A stretch of 64,000 bases of DNA from Octopus vulgaris (lineage: Eukaryota). This document shows, one piece after another, positions 63,341 to 64,000 of this stretch (position 1 is its first letter; each line of letters begins with the position of its first letter). The stretch covers positions 154,504,001-154,568,000 of the forward strand of contig OX597816.1 in assembly GCA_951406725.2 (NCBI GenBank), read 5' to 3'. The notes below the pieces were generated by a model. The model saw only the letters and a program-made list of their open reading frames with translations, ran no database searches and was not told the origin of the DNA. A program made the translations under genes and the position numbers.

Positions 63341-63744
63341 GTAAGTAAATAAATTAGAAACTTACAGCCAAAGTATTAACACTCTTCTTCTTTACTCCCC
63401 CTGTTGCTATTAAATCTACCAAGTAGTGTATTTACTTTTGATATTTTATGGTTGACATGTGTAATACATTCTCATATATTATGTTAAATTTCACATTTCA
63501 CATTAAATTTTCAATGAGTCATAGATGCAATGTGACTTTTGATGAAAATTATTTCTATGCCTGCTAATAATATCTGCTTAGGGATGACTATTGTATCATA
63601 CAATTAAGCTACATTTGGTATTATCCCTTGGTTTTGGTGTCAAAGTCAATAATACCTTAGTGAAAAGCATGCTTACCACAGCTTCATGTTACTTGTGTGA
63701 CTCTAAATGGGAGTGATTCATCTTTATTTTTGCATAAGAACCAG

Positions 63745-63761
63745 TGTATATGTGTGTGTGT

Positions 63762-63809
<48 letters not shown>

Positions 63810-64000
63810 ATATGTATATGTGTATATGTATATGTGTATGTATATATGTATATGTGTATGTATGTATATGTGTATGTATATATGTATATGTGTATGTATA
63901 TATGTGTATGTGTATGTATATATGTATATGTGTATGTATATATGTATATGTGTGCATATGTATATGTGTATATATATACATTACAGTAATGTATATATAT
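63745..64000. repeat. Compound (TG)/(TA)/(TATATG) microsatellite
   Basis: Direct inspection. Other pure tracts include (TA)n at 9047-9094, (CT)n at 35260-35323 and (TA)n at 51240-51290. Confidence 0.95.

Overview
AT-rich, microsatellite- and transposon-dense animal DNA. The repeat landscape resembles an octopus/coleoid cephalopod genome (inferred, not proven). The only host gene is a + strand inositol-tetrakisphosphate 1-kinase (ITPK1, Ins(1,3,4)P3 5/6-kinase). It is seen as five internal coding exons (10639-10663, 24264-24389, 42186-42303, 49225-49323, 63297-63340; 412 nt total) with canonical AG/GT boundaries and one continuous reading frame. Its first coding exon and C-terminal exons lie outside the window. 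The rest is intronic: RTE-clade LINE remnants, several tRNA-derived SINE families, Penelope-like element (PLE) remnants, mariner and hAT remnants, MITEs (Tc1/mariner, hAT, piggyBac-like), Helentron-like short elements and micro/minisatellites. Apart from transposon remnants, the supplied ORFs look like repeat artefacts. The most notable observations are: (1) a ~2 kb nested inverted-repeat structure (57918-59933) whose inner arms each carry a hammerhead-ribozyme core with an unusually long AU-rich stem II; (2) two further minimal PLE-type hammerhead motifs on the ITPK1 sense strand, plus a PLE tail that starts at the predicted cleavage site; (3) a duplicated 5' splice site 40 nt after the 25-nt exon; (4) Gln at the position of human ITPK1 His162. 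Exon coordinates are exact; repeat boundaries are approximate.
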